NCBI GenBank assembly: GCA_013265495.1
Contig: MU058636.1
Location: 9,170,239-9,234,238, forward strand
Origin: Vicugna vicugna
Lineage: Eukaryota
Reading direction: 5' to 3'
DNA: 64,000 bases
The position numbers and the translations under genes are program-made. The notes below the pieces were generated by a model. It had not been told where the DNA came from. It ran no database searches and saw nothing but the letters and a program-made list of their open reading frames with translations. Numbering within the stretch: position 1 is the first letter of the stretch; the number at the start of each line of letters is the position of its first letter. Positions 1 to 11,400 of the stretch are shown in pieces.

Positions 1-431
1 GCAAGTGCATCTTTTAGGATATTTACTAAAAATTGTCCAGACCAGATGGGCTGGAGAAATATGTTATCCTTATTCTGCCAAAAGAGGGAAGCTTGAGGAA
101 GCACGTCTATTATTCTGAATCTTTTCCAAGCAAGAAGTTGAAGTATGATTTTTTTTAAATTTTGTTTTTGTTTTTACTGTTAACTCTCAAAGCATTTGAC
201 CTCTCCTAAATCCTGAAGGCTTCAAGGAGCCGTCAGAAAATGCCTTCTTTTCACAGACCCTGGAAAAGCAGAAAAACTGACCTTTCCATGGCCTTCTGTG
301 TAAATATGCAGCCAGCCATACTGGGAGAGAGTCCTGAGCTGCGGAAGGTCTGAGCTCTTGTCCTGCCGCTGAGACTAACTAGTTCAGGGACATTGGAAAT
401 TCACTCCATGCTACGTGTTCTCATTTACTCA

Positions 432-617
432 TTTTTTAAAATTTTTATACGATTTTTAAAGGTTACACTCCATGTACCGTTATTACAAAATGTTGACTGT
501 ATTCCCAGTGTCGTACAGTACATCCTTGTAGCCCGTCTTACACCCAGTAGTTTGCCCCTCGGACGTCCCCATCCCCATGCCCCCCGCCACTGGTAACCAC
601 TAGTTTGTTCTCTGTAA
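432..617 (-). mobile_element. LINE-1 3'-end fragment in the last FREM2 intron
   Basis: T-rich start, then tacaaaatgttgactgtattcccagtgtcgtacagtacatccttgtagc...ccactggtaaccactagtttgttctctgta, typical of a laurasiatherian L1 3'UTR read antisense. Confidence 0.7.
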
Positions 618-929
618 CCGTGTCATTTACTAATTTTTTAAGTGAGTACGTTAGCCTGTGTGATTTAGAGTTCCCTACAGCTCTGACAAGTCATAGCTTA
701 CCGATTACTTACCAGCACATGGTCCCTTAAGAGCTGCACAGAACATTCTAGAGTGCTTTACGCAAAGCCTTGCACATCTACACACGTAAACATCTCAGGT
801 GGATGAATTCTGCAGACCAAATTAAATTATCGTTTATTATCTCTGCCATTCGTTTCTCTTGCAAAGAGTCGCGAGGTTTCAGGTTGGCACAGTATGCAAT
901 GTTCTGATGAACGGAGCGGTGTGTTCTAG

Positions 930-1439
930 GTGGCGCTGGGCCGAGAATGGTACGTACACACCATCTACACGGTAAGATCCAAAGACAACGCCGACCGGGG
1001 CCTCGGCAAGCGGAGCGCCGAGCGCCGACACCACTCTCTGGGGAGCAGAGGGACGCCCCAGGCAGCCGCCCGGAGCAGGAAGAGGAGGCAGCTCGGGAGC
1101 GCGCCGCCGCTGGCGTGGGAAATCGGCGCCGGGAACAACCGCGGGACGAACCTCCAGCACATCGCCCTGGACCGCACCGGCAGGAGGCAGGCCGCCCCGG
1201 GGAGGGTGCCCCCCGGCGGCGTCCTCCCCCGGGAGCCCGGCAGCCCCGGCTCGGCGGCGCGCCTGCTCGCGGCGGCGGGCGGCGTCGCGGTGGGACTGCT
1301 GGCCGTGGGGGTCACGGCCGCGGCGGCGGTGCTGATGTCCAGGCGCAGGCGGCGCGCCCGGAGGAAGCCCGCGGGCGCGGGCGGCAGCGAGCCCATGATG
1401 CGCGCGCGGGGCCGCCCCAGCGACAGCTCTGAGGTCTGA
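930..1439 (+). CDS. FREM2: FREM2 (FRAS1-related extracellular matrix protein 2), last coding exon: furin-type sites, transmembrane helix, short cytoplasmic tail with PDZ-binding end
   Basis: Acceptor ttctag ends at 929. Translation VALGREWYVHTIYTVRSKDNADRGLGKRS...RSRKRR...LAWEIGA..NRGTNLQHIALDR...hydrophobic LLAAAGGVAVGLLAVGVTAAAAVLM...DSSEV* matches the recalled human FREM2 C-terminus. TGA at 1437-1439. The GTG at 930 is the first codon of the exon, not a start codon. Confidence 0.96.
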   Translation: MALGREWYVHTIYTVRSKDNADRGLGKRSAERRHHSLGSRGTPQAAARSRKRRQLGSAPPLAWEIGAGNNRGTNLQHIALDRTGRRQAAPGRVPPGGVLPREPGSPGSAARLLAAAGGVAVGLLAVGVTAAAAVLMSRRRRRARRKPAGAGGSEPMMRARGRPSDSSEV

Positions 1440-4400
1440 CGAGCGCAGGCGGGACTCGGCCTTTTCTTCGGGGGCCCGGGAGAAGACCTAGGCACCCGAC
1501 TGCTTCGGAGAACTGGGGACTTCGGTGACAAAGCTGCTCGGAGGGTCTGACTGTGCTCGTGAACTTCGAGTTCTGTCTAACTCGTTCATGCGTCAAAGGA
1601 CAAACCCGGTCCGCAGACCACATCTTTCCTCTTGCCAAGAAGGCATCGCCTATGCAGCCACAGGTCGGCGAAGCCATAGATGGGCCGCGGGGAGGAATGC
1701 ACTTCACATCCGAGGCCTTTTCTCTTCCACGTGGAAACCACCCTATTCAGCGGTGCTAACAGGCTCTTTGAGAAGCTTCAGAGGAGTCTATAGTTGCTAT
1801 GTTAGTATGAATCTTGAAGGTGCAATTATCACATTGTTTATTCATTGTATAACAGTTTATTACTAAAAAGATTTTAACGTGTAGCTTGGAAAAAATGATA
1901 AACACATTGTTTATTGACAAGTTTTCTAACAGGTGAAGACAGCATTGAATTATGACCAAGGCTGGCTCGACCCACAGATGGCCTTTCCTCCTCCTTGAGA
2001 GGGAGTGGAAGGAAAAACCAAGGGAAGGGAACTCACTAACTTGGATTTGGGTTGTTCCTCATCTTTGTCAGACCCTTCTTGTTTTACTTGCTTGTTTAAT
2101 TTTAAATTAAGCCAAAGAATGTGTTAAGCCTGGAAAGGATTGTTGAAGAGAGGCTGCTCTGTTTCGGTACACAGTGAGAAACAGTAGAGTTCTTGCATGA
2201 TAATATACTTTATTGGTGCCCATTTGTGGGAAATGAGAGGGTTGGTGACATTTTGGTGATAAATGCCGTAGCGTTAGATTCACATTTGCAAGACAATGTT
2301 CTCTAAGAACTGAGCCTAGATGTTTTGCAGTATTGAATCCATAAATGATCAGGAGAAATATCATTCAGATGGTGAAGGGAGAAAGTGGTATTTATTAATA
2401 TACTGTGTTTCACCAAAGTGCCTCTTACACATACTTTATAGACTCAAAGAACATTCTGACAATGACACGTGAGGTTAACCCTCAGAGTGCATAGTCACAC
2501 AACAAGGTCCAAAGCTTAAATTGGCCAGAGGATATTTTATTAGCTTTCTAATCACCATCTGGTTCAAACAGCAGGAATCCCTGCAACTGTCATTGCAGAG
2601 ATGATCCTGGAGGTGGCCAGCATCACTGATCATATTCTCTGGTCAAAGAAAAAAGCATCACTCCCTGGTGTCTCCAGTTCAGTGAACTGATGCAGTGTGG
2701 TCCGTCTCAGTATCTAAAAATACAATTTGTAAAACTGCTTTCAGTGTTAGAAACCAAGGAACGTGAGTGGTCTTGCTCAGGAAGGTCTTTCTGGGAAATG
2801 TGATTTCATCAAAAAGCAGAATTTGGGGTCAGAAAGGGGAAATGTCAGTAGTTTAGTGACCAACCTTCCAAAAGCAAGTAAATGTATTTCAAACAAAAAT
2901 CAGGTCAGGAGAAAACGAACCATACCTGAATACTCAGCCTCCAGTGCTACCTGGGATCCCCTTTCATGTCTAGTTACAACCTGGCCAAGCTGGACATCCT
3001 GGTAGAACGGAGATGTTTAGAAGACCAGCCTCTCCTCAGGTCACGCAGGCGCTAACAGTCTTTCAGTCTGGTGTCTGTGAGCACGAACCATCTCTTGACT
3101 TAAAAAAGGAAGCTATACTGGTGCTGGGAGAGAGGCAAAAGTGTCCAACCTTTGTCTTTCTTCTTTGGGGCAGCTCTACACTTCCCAAAGTCTTTTAGAT
3201 AATAGGGTAGACTGTGGTCTCCATCCACTGCGGAATTTACAAGTATTACCTACAATTCAGAAGTTTCCCCAAAGGATTTATATAACTATGCTGTACAGCC
3301 CTGGAGTTTGTTTATCAAATAAATGTTAACACTCTCTTAATGATCCCTTTTTCTTTAGCTTTGCTCAGCTACTTTGCTGGCTACCTCATAACATGTATAG
3401 GAATGAGTGTGACTTGAGCAGCTTCAAATAGTGTGTGGACTTTTTTACTACTGAGCACTGGATTCAGTTTCTCCAGACTGTAAGAGCAGGGACTCGCAAT
3501 CAGCTTTATAGTACGTAAGTGGTCAAGATGCTTCAGAGCCCGTCCCACACCCATGGGGATCTCTGTCACTTGGTATTGTCATCAGTGACCCATCATCACA
3601 GGAGGTCTGTTTTGAGTCTTTGGGCCAGGTTGGCTTCATACCAAATTTCTCTCTACAATGATTTGTTCTAAAGAGACCACTTTGGTTGAGTTGGAGAGCT
3701 TACACCATACAAAGCATGTCCTTTCCTAATGACGGACAATCTCTCCTCTGCCCACCTCCTTCTCTCTTTCTCCCCCCTTCTCTTCTTTCTTCCTTCCTCT
3801 CCATGAAAAAAGAGAGCCTGTGGGAAGTAGGCAGATACAGCGTTCTCAAGTATTAATTACTTAGACTTCTGCATCATTTTCTTAATATCTATTTACTTAC
3901 TATGTGGTTTAAAAGACATTTAATCTTTAAAAACTCTTTTTTGTGGAATAAAAATTCAGACACAATGCTGTGTTTTTCAGCAAAATAGAGCCTTAGTTTT
4001 AATATTTTGTTGTCAGAGAATTATTCTGGTACTATCAGAATAAATACCTAAAATAACTTCCTACAGAAGATAGGAGGTGAGCGATAAAGCCCCTTAGGTA
4101 CCCAGCAGCTTCTGACTCCAGTGAAAACAAGGTCTTGTTGACATTGCATGGTAAACACAAAACACACAACTAAGTATTAAGCATTAGTGGCTCTCTTAGC
4201 ATATGAGCATGAAGCATGAAAATACATCAATGTGTTTTCATGATGGTTTTATTTATTTCAGTTAATTCCCCCATTAATGTTTATGGAATGCTCCCCTAGG
4301 GTTAGCCACGTGGAGGGATGAAAACCAAGCTGCCCGCCCTGCCTTCAGGCAGGTCATGATCAAATGTGGCTCTTGCTCTGGACTAAAGGGATGGAGATTT

Positions 4401-7390
4401 GCATGAGCTTCTCTGTCTGTGAGCCACGGCTGGAAAGCTCTCTGCAGCATCAGCTGTGGAGCCCACTCCTCCCCATCTAAAGACCTCCGCACGGTATGGG
4501 TCATTCTGAACACAGATCTAACAATCAAACCCACACACAGAGAAAGTACCTTGCAGAGATGTCGGTGGCCCTGCGTAGTCCTTTCCTCTTAATGGCAGAC
4601 AGGCCCACTTCATTCCAAGAATAGGCGATAACACTTACACTCTTCTTCTGGTCCTTAACACCACCAGCGCCTCCTGAAGTCCGCCCTCTCACAAACACCA
4701 CACTGAACAATAGGGGAGAAGGTCACTCGAATTCTGCTGCCCTGCTGCTGCTGCAAGGCATTTGTGATGAGGACCAACTGTAGACCCAACACGAAGGGAT
4801 GTGGTTCTGTAAGCAACAAAAGAGCCTCTTTATCAAGTCACTGCACCTCTAATTCTTTTCTGAGTTACCAACACCAAGGTCAGTTTTAAAAATGAATGCA
4901 GAACTGTGTAAAATCCACCGAGAGCCTTTCTTCATACAAATCAGTGCTAAGGGTTGAAACAGCCCCAAATCAAGGTATGTCCGATTGTAACAGTAACAGA
5001 GTGAGATGTAGTGACATTCAGATTTCAGAAGCTGGGAATTTGATTTTTGGCTACTATTTTGAAAATATCTATTTAGTATTGACTTAGAAACCAATTTAGT
5101 CCTTTAATAGAAAAAGAAAAAGATATTTTAAAGATGCAAATATCTTACATGTTTAGAATTTACATAATTGTATTAACTTGAAAACAGGTGTATTATGGTT
5201 CTTTGAAACTTTCATTATTTTCTAGCCATGATAGCAATAATAAAAGAATGAAGGTAAGGTATCTTCAGGTACTTTCACTAACCATATGGCAAATGAATGG
5301 AATTCAAATATTCAGTCAGTCCAGAAATGTGTAATTTGGCCAGAAACTATAATTACACACACACACACATATTAAAAAACCAAACATCTCATTTCTAGAA
5401 AGAAATGAAAAACCTATCTAACTGAAGTCACTCATACAAAGATTTTTCAAGGTCAACACATGGTCATTTGTGAAGCATACTACCCTGGGAGTTTCTTTGA
5501 CATTAATTCAAAGGTTAATATGTTTCCTTAAGATTTTTTCCTAGAATTGATTCCAGTATTATGTGGTAATGACATAAGAATTTTTAGAAAATATTATCCA
5601 TAAGTTCAAAATATTCCTCACTGTTTATTTCTCTTTGTTTCTATATCCTTTGAAGTTAAGAATAAAAAACCTTGAGATTTTGGTAATTATTTTGATTTCA
5701 GTAAGAGATTTTAAAACAGAAGTGCATGGTATTTTCCTACAATTTTTCCTAGAAACATTACACAGAAAACTTTTAAACAAGGAAAGAAAGCTGATTTCTT
5801 TCTTTAGAACTGAACTTGATAAACCAACATATACTAATGTGAGACTCTTTTGATTGATTTTGTTGGGAGAAAAATCAGAATATTGAATGTACGAACTTTT
5901 AAAGAGTTTTGCTTTCTTCCCTGTCTTTTAAGTGCATTTATTTCCTCTTCCCTGACATTTGCTGTTCACGTTTTTTTCAGTATTGTGTTTTGCTAAAGAG
6001 CAAATACAACAGCATACAAAACAACTGCTCTTCTAACAACATCCACTTTTACTTTGTTTTCTTTCCTCTTTACTTCCTTTCTTCATTTTTTTTCCTTCTT
6101 TTTTTCATGGACTTTTGTTTTTTTCCTCTCTGACAAATCTGAGATTGGCCGTTCTGCTAGTAATGCTCGCCTTTTAGTTTTGAAACTGTTACCATTTTCA
6201 CTACATCATTAGCATTTTCATTCATCCAAAAGCTGGCAAGTGAGCACAGCATTTGTGCAATATCCCTTTTGTTCAGAGAATGTTAAGCCTTGTGGATGAA
6301 GGGGAAGAAAGAAAAAAACTTCCTGCAAAAGATCAAAGGCATCCTATTGAATAATGTGAAGACAATCTGTGCCTTGATTTTCTCAGTGGAAGTTCAACAT
6401 TGACATTTAAGATGTTAAAAAAAAAAACCCTTTTAAGAATTTAACTGATCAACAATAAAAGGCCAAAGATCACAAGATGAAGTTGTTTGGGTGACTGAAT
6501 ACTTTGCAATGAAATAAACGGCAAGAAAATTATTAAACTGGTAGCAACATTAAAGTGTTTAAAAATATAAGCATCAAATGCACAAGACTCTTAAACTGCT
6601 ACCACGATGTGGCCTCCACGGATCACATGACTGCTTATACACTCCTAGTGAATTTCAACTACAGCTATTTCTTCTTTTTGATGTTTGGGCAATCTGTGAC
6701 ATTGGAAACATCAGTGGTGTACTTGAAAAAAGAAGAAAGAAAAGAGAAACGTAAAATTTTAAAAGCTGACGTTAAAAATAAAGACCATTATCATAAAAGT
6801 CACTTACAGCATAGAAAGGCAATTATTAGTAAGACTAACAGAAAATTTCTGTATGTGCCCAGATTAAGCACATTACAAAAAGGAATCACAAAGCAGGGAC
6901 CTTCTCCATGGTTTCAGGAATTGAAGTTTTGGGCAAGAGATTCTTTAAGCCCGTTTGTCTATACAAAAACACTTTGTCCTGGACAAGGAGTTGTATGTCT
7001 TATAATTATTTTAAGTGCCTACTTCTGTACCAAGTGCCCTCTAAAACACTCAGTAAATTTATACTTATCTAGCCACTGAGTAGCATGACTTTGTGTAATA
7101 GAATTATTTACAGAACTGAATAGCCTTTGTGATTTTCTCATGGGAATTCTTCCAAAACAAACAGGGTCTAAGCTTTTCTTCCCCCCACATGTTTACTAGG
7201 ACACTGCATATCTGCTGGATATTGAAGTTTATCCCTGGGAATTTAATTATGCAAATAATCTGGAGCCATCCCGTCTTAAATCTACGTCTAAAGTAATTTT
7301 TGTTACCGCTTGTGTTTCATAACTGCATCTGTTTTCCTTCAAAATACATCACATGTTGAGTATAAATAAAGCCCATATAAATATAAAAGT
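1440..7390 (+). other. FREM2: FREM2 long 3'UTR (approximate end)
   Basis: AT-rich, largely repeat-free sequence after the stop. AATAAA at 7365-7370 is followed by GT/T-rich sequence. FREM2 is known to have a multi-kb 3'UTR. Other AATAAA hexamers (e.g. 3947, 4039) could be alternative sites. Confidence 0.6.
7365..7370 (+). terminator. Candidate FREM2 distal polyadenylation signal AATAAA
   Basis: gagtataAATAAAgccc, with downstream gttattgtagtgtag...cttttgtt. Repeat-rich intergenic-type sequence starts shortly after. Confidence 0.5.
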
Positions 7391-8744
7391 ATAAAAATGG
7401 CCAAGTTATTGTAGTGTAGCCTTTAACTTTTGTTCACTCAAAAATCACAGAGTCCCCGTAGTCTGCAGTGAGGGCCAGTTATTTCCATTCTGCTGGCGGA
7501 GCCTTGAGCTTCTGCAGGCTTCCAGCCTGAGACCCGTGCTCTCACTACCATCCTTGATGCTGCTGGTAAAATGCTGCTGCTCCCCAGCAGAACTTACCTG
7601 CAGGGTCCTAGTGCCCGCCTGCAGATGTAACAGGTACAGGCACAGCCAGAGGCCTGCCGGGGGTAACAGCATCTTTAGGGGACTGACCCTTTATCCCAGG
7701 GAACAGGTTGACTAGATCCTGCGAAGCCATGAAAACTGTCCCAAAACTGCAGTGGTGAGGATGAACCAACTGATCTGATTTATTGCTGGGCTGGGGGTGG
7801 GGTGTCTCTCCTGCCAAGGAGACTAGTCACTTGTATGCAAAGTTTACTTGACATAATCATAATCATTTGATTTATTTTAATTTGTGGCTCCCACTATTCA
7901 ATACCAGAAAGAAATGAAAAGACAGCTCCTTATGGCTATTGAAGAATAATCCAAGCAAAGGGCAAAATACACAAATGAAGATGGAGTTGGGGAAAAAGAA
8001 TTCTTGTGTCCAAGCTTCTGGCACTTCCAAGACTTGGGGGAGAAATGGCGGCGTTTTAGCAAAAAGGTTGTAATCAGCAACGGAAATGTGTGGAGCAACC
8101 ACAGAAGAGAAAGGAGAAGGTCTGTATAGGGTAGGGGATTTGCACGCTCCTGGGGAGAAAGCCTGGCCTTCAGGAAGCTGGGGAAGGGAGCCAGGGAAGG
8201 GAAGAGTCACGGTCCAGCCCCACGGGGATACTGACAGTGAGCTGCACGATCTCCCTGCCAGAGCCACAACTACCCAAGAGGCGCCCAATTTAAGGGAAAA
8301 GCCCCCAAACCAGAGTTAGTCAGAGTGGACCTGACAGGGGAAAAAGACATCAGGAGGAGAGTGGGGCCCTACACTGCGCTGATTCCTCCCTACCGGCCAG
8401 CCAAGCCAGGTAACAGCCCCGAAGGAAATTCGATAGTGATCTTTGAAAATCCTGTCCCCAAGAGCCCACAACACATTCCAAGGCGCTGAGATCTCACCTG
8501 GGATGTGTAAATGTGACTAATTGCGAAGTGGCAAAGGTGGTAGAGAAGGTGATTGGACAGAGTAAGATTATATCCGGAGGAAACTGGGGCAGGTCAGAGA
8601 CGCATGCAGGGTCCTTAACAGGGGAAGAGTATCTGGAGATGAGTCTGTGCAAAAAGAGGTCCAAAACTTTCCCCAGACCTTCCTCAGAGTTGAAACCACT
8701 CAGAAGACTATGAGTCATACACACATAGGCTGCATTAGAACACA

Positions 8745-9040
8745 TAATAGAAGAATAAAATAATGCCATTTGCAGCAACATGGATGGACCTGGAGATCAT
8801 CATTCTAAGTGAAATAATCCAGAAAGAGAAAGAAAAATATCATATGATATCACTCATCTATGGAACCCAAAAAAATTTTTTTAAAAAGGACACTAATGAA
8901 CTCATCTACGAAACATAAATAGACTCACAGACATAGTAAACAGTCTGACGGTTAGCAGGGGAAAGGGCGTGGGAAGGGATAAATCTGGGAGTTTGGGATT
9001 TGGAAATGTTAGCCACTATATATAAAAATAGATTTAAAAT
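8745..9040 (+). mobile_element. LINE-1 fragment (end of ORF2 and start of 3'UTR)
   Basis: ataatgccatttgcagcaacatggatggacctggagatcatcattctaagtgaa...atgatatcactc...gggataaatctgggagtttgggatt is the characteristic L1 ORF2 C-terminus and 3'UTR. Confidence 0.85.
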
Positions 9041-10389
9041 TTTTGTCTTAGTTGATTTAAAAAAAATAGAACAACTTCTGGAAGTATTTTATGCTTGAAT
9101 TCTGTCTCCTGGACTAGAAGAGCCTGGATCGTGAGTGCCATGGCGTTCCCGGGATGATTTGGCAAGCCAGTGGGTTCAGAGATGAAGGCTGAGGTAGGGC
9201 CCCACCCCTGCAAGATGAGGGCAAGTTTGCGGTCCTCTGTAACACCAGTAACGGGAGCATCTGGAATCTTATCTCATGCTTTCCCAGATTCCATGTTTCC
9301 CAGTATCAGTCAAGCAGTCCTGACTTTTATTGAAGAGGAGATCTGTCTAGAGATCTATTTCTTTACTGTTTCCTTCAGCATCTCAACAAAAAGACAAAAC
9401 AACAACAACAAAAAGCCACCAGGTTGGTTCAATTATTTTGTGAGCTAACTTCAGAAAGAAAATTTGTGTTTCATTTCATTCTGACCTATAGAAATTTACC
9501 GTATTTTCTTGACTTCATAAAACCCAGGCCCTAGATTAGGCTGAATTCAAAGAAATATTTTTTCACAAAAATTCTCCAGATGAAACATTACATTCTCTCT
9601 ACGCAACTGCATTTCTTCCTGTTACTACAAACTGCACCTCTCATTAAAAAGAAAAGAAGTTTGGGGCATTCCTTTCATTGTTTTCCCTCCTAGGACCGCA
9701 TTATCTTTCTGAAATTTCATGTTATTTATCAGCACCATTTGGATTCCACTTGTTGGCAACCTACCAGATTGATTCTATACCAAATTTAGAAGATTCATGT
9801 CATTTAAATTTTACATATCAGGGAGGGGTATGTTATTGCTAAATGCATAAGACTGAGTCCACTAAGAGGCCTCCAGGAGCTCAGCATCCAACTGAGGGAG
9901 CAGAACTTAGCATATGAAAAACTCCAGAAGATCTCCAGGGATGAGCATCAGTTAAATACATGTGTGTGAGACGTCAGTAAATAACCAGAGCACGTGTGCA
10001 CCATGAGAGACAGGGAAGGGGCCTGCAGGTGTGCCCAGCAAGGATTCAGAGAAGAATTAAGATTAAAGGATGGGATGGGTTTGGACAAAGAGAACCCAGA
10101 AGGCAGGCTTAATTTATAAGCTGATCAGTTTTGAGCAACTTATCAATTAGACGTATAATTAGAGATGAGGAATGACACAGATAGGGAGTTTGTGGCTGGA
10201 CAGTGAACAGCTTTGAGGTCATAGGAGGAGACTAAGGAATAAGGTCAATATAAAAAATTATTTTCTGAGCTTAGTAGTGATCAAGCGTATGGTAGATTCT
10301 CAAGTTTTTGTTGAATAGCCAAATAGTTAATGAAAGTTCTTCTTTATAAGAGATTTTCAGGAGAAAAATCTGAGAAAAGTTGAATTAGA

Positions 10390-10647
10390 AAAAATACCAT
10401 TTGTATATGTAAGTATATGCATAACTGAATCGCTTTGCTGTACACCTGAAACTAGCATTGTAAATCAACTACACTTCAACAGAAAATAAAATAAAGTAAA
10501 ATAAACAATGCCTGGAATTTAACCATATATCAAACTGTGACATAATCACCCAGAAATGGAATTACTTTCAAATGATTTTATACGTCTCTAAAGAACTGTT
10601 TAAAAAATTCTAAATTTAAAAAAGAAGAAAGAAAAATACCATTTGTA
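10390..10647 (+). mobile_element. 5'-truncated L1 3' tail plus an extra non-L1-tail segment, bounded by a 16-bp TSD
   Basis: aaaaataccatttgta at 10390-10405 and 10632-10647. L1 tail ataactgaatcgctttgctgtacacctgaaact...ttgtaaatcaactacacttcaa. Confidence 0.8.
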
Positions 10648-10649
10648 AC

Positions 10650-11400
10650 TCGATGAGAATAATGTATCTGGACAGAATAGATGCTAAAAATATTACGAGA
10701 AATATTGATGGGAAACCCTGCCGCTGGCGACTCCATCAACTCCACTTAGTGTGAGGTGGTCAGACAGTGAGCGTGCCCTGCCGGCATGCGAGAGCAAGTG
10801 CTCAGCTATGCCGGCTCATGCCAAAAACTGACCCTGAATGAAATCAAGCTTTCAGATCTAATTAACCAGTTTACGGGAAATGCAGGGGTTGGAGAAACAT
10901 GTTAAACAACATCAACGAAATTCAGAAAGAGGAAATTCTAGAGGACAAATGACCTAGTTTCTCCAACAAACAAATGGCATAGAGAGCGACGGGGAGTGTG
11001 AGCATGTTGTAGATTAAGTGATATTTAAGAGGCCAGTGAAAGAAATGCCGTCTCTGTGAGAACTCTGGATTCTTACTCAAGCAAGGCACAGGTAAAAAGA
11101 TATTTTTGAGACAATTGGGGACATTTTAACATGAACTGAGTATTAGATAAGATTATACAACACGGAGTTCTTGCTGATTTCAATTGCATACTGGTTTAAA
11201 TGATATGCTGCCTGAAAAGCTCTTTTAAATGCTCCAGGGGGGTGGGAAATGGGTGAAGATTTTTGTAAATCAGAGAAGATAGGCAAAATTTGGTAACTGT
11301 TGAAGCTCGGTGATGGGTCCATGAGAGTTCATTATAATATTCTCTCTACTTTTAGGTGTATTTAAATATTTTTACAAAAAGAAAAACAGAAAAATAGTAT
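10650..11400 (+). mobile_element. Old L1 (L1MC-like) 3' region
   Basis: Motifs gaggacaaatgacctagtttctccaacaaacaaatggc, atttttgagacaattgggg and tgttgaagctcggtgatgggtccatgagagttcattata resemble L1MC 3' ends. Confidence 0.6.

Noticed and set aside
879..1707. Overlapping long ORFs in other frames and strands (947..1432 +, 965..1531 -, 879..1160 -, 1312..1707 -)
   Set aside because: They are shadows of the very GC-rich FREM2 exon, where stop codons are rare. Only 930..1439 matches a known protein and has a splice acceptor.
6555..7079. 174-aa ORF in the FREM2 3'UTR
   Set aside because: Starts at GTG, AT-rich with no coding-like bias or recognisable homology. Consistent with chance.
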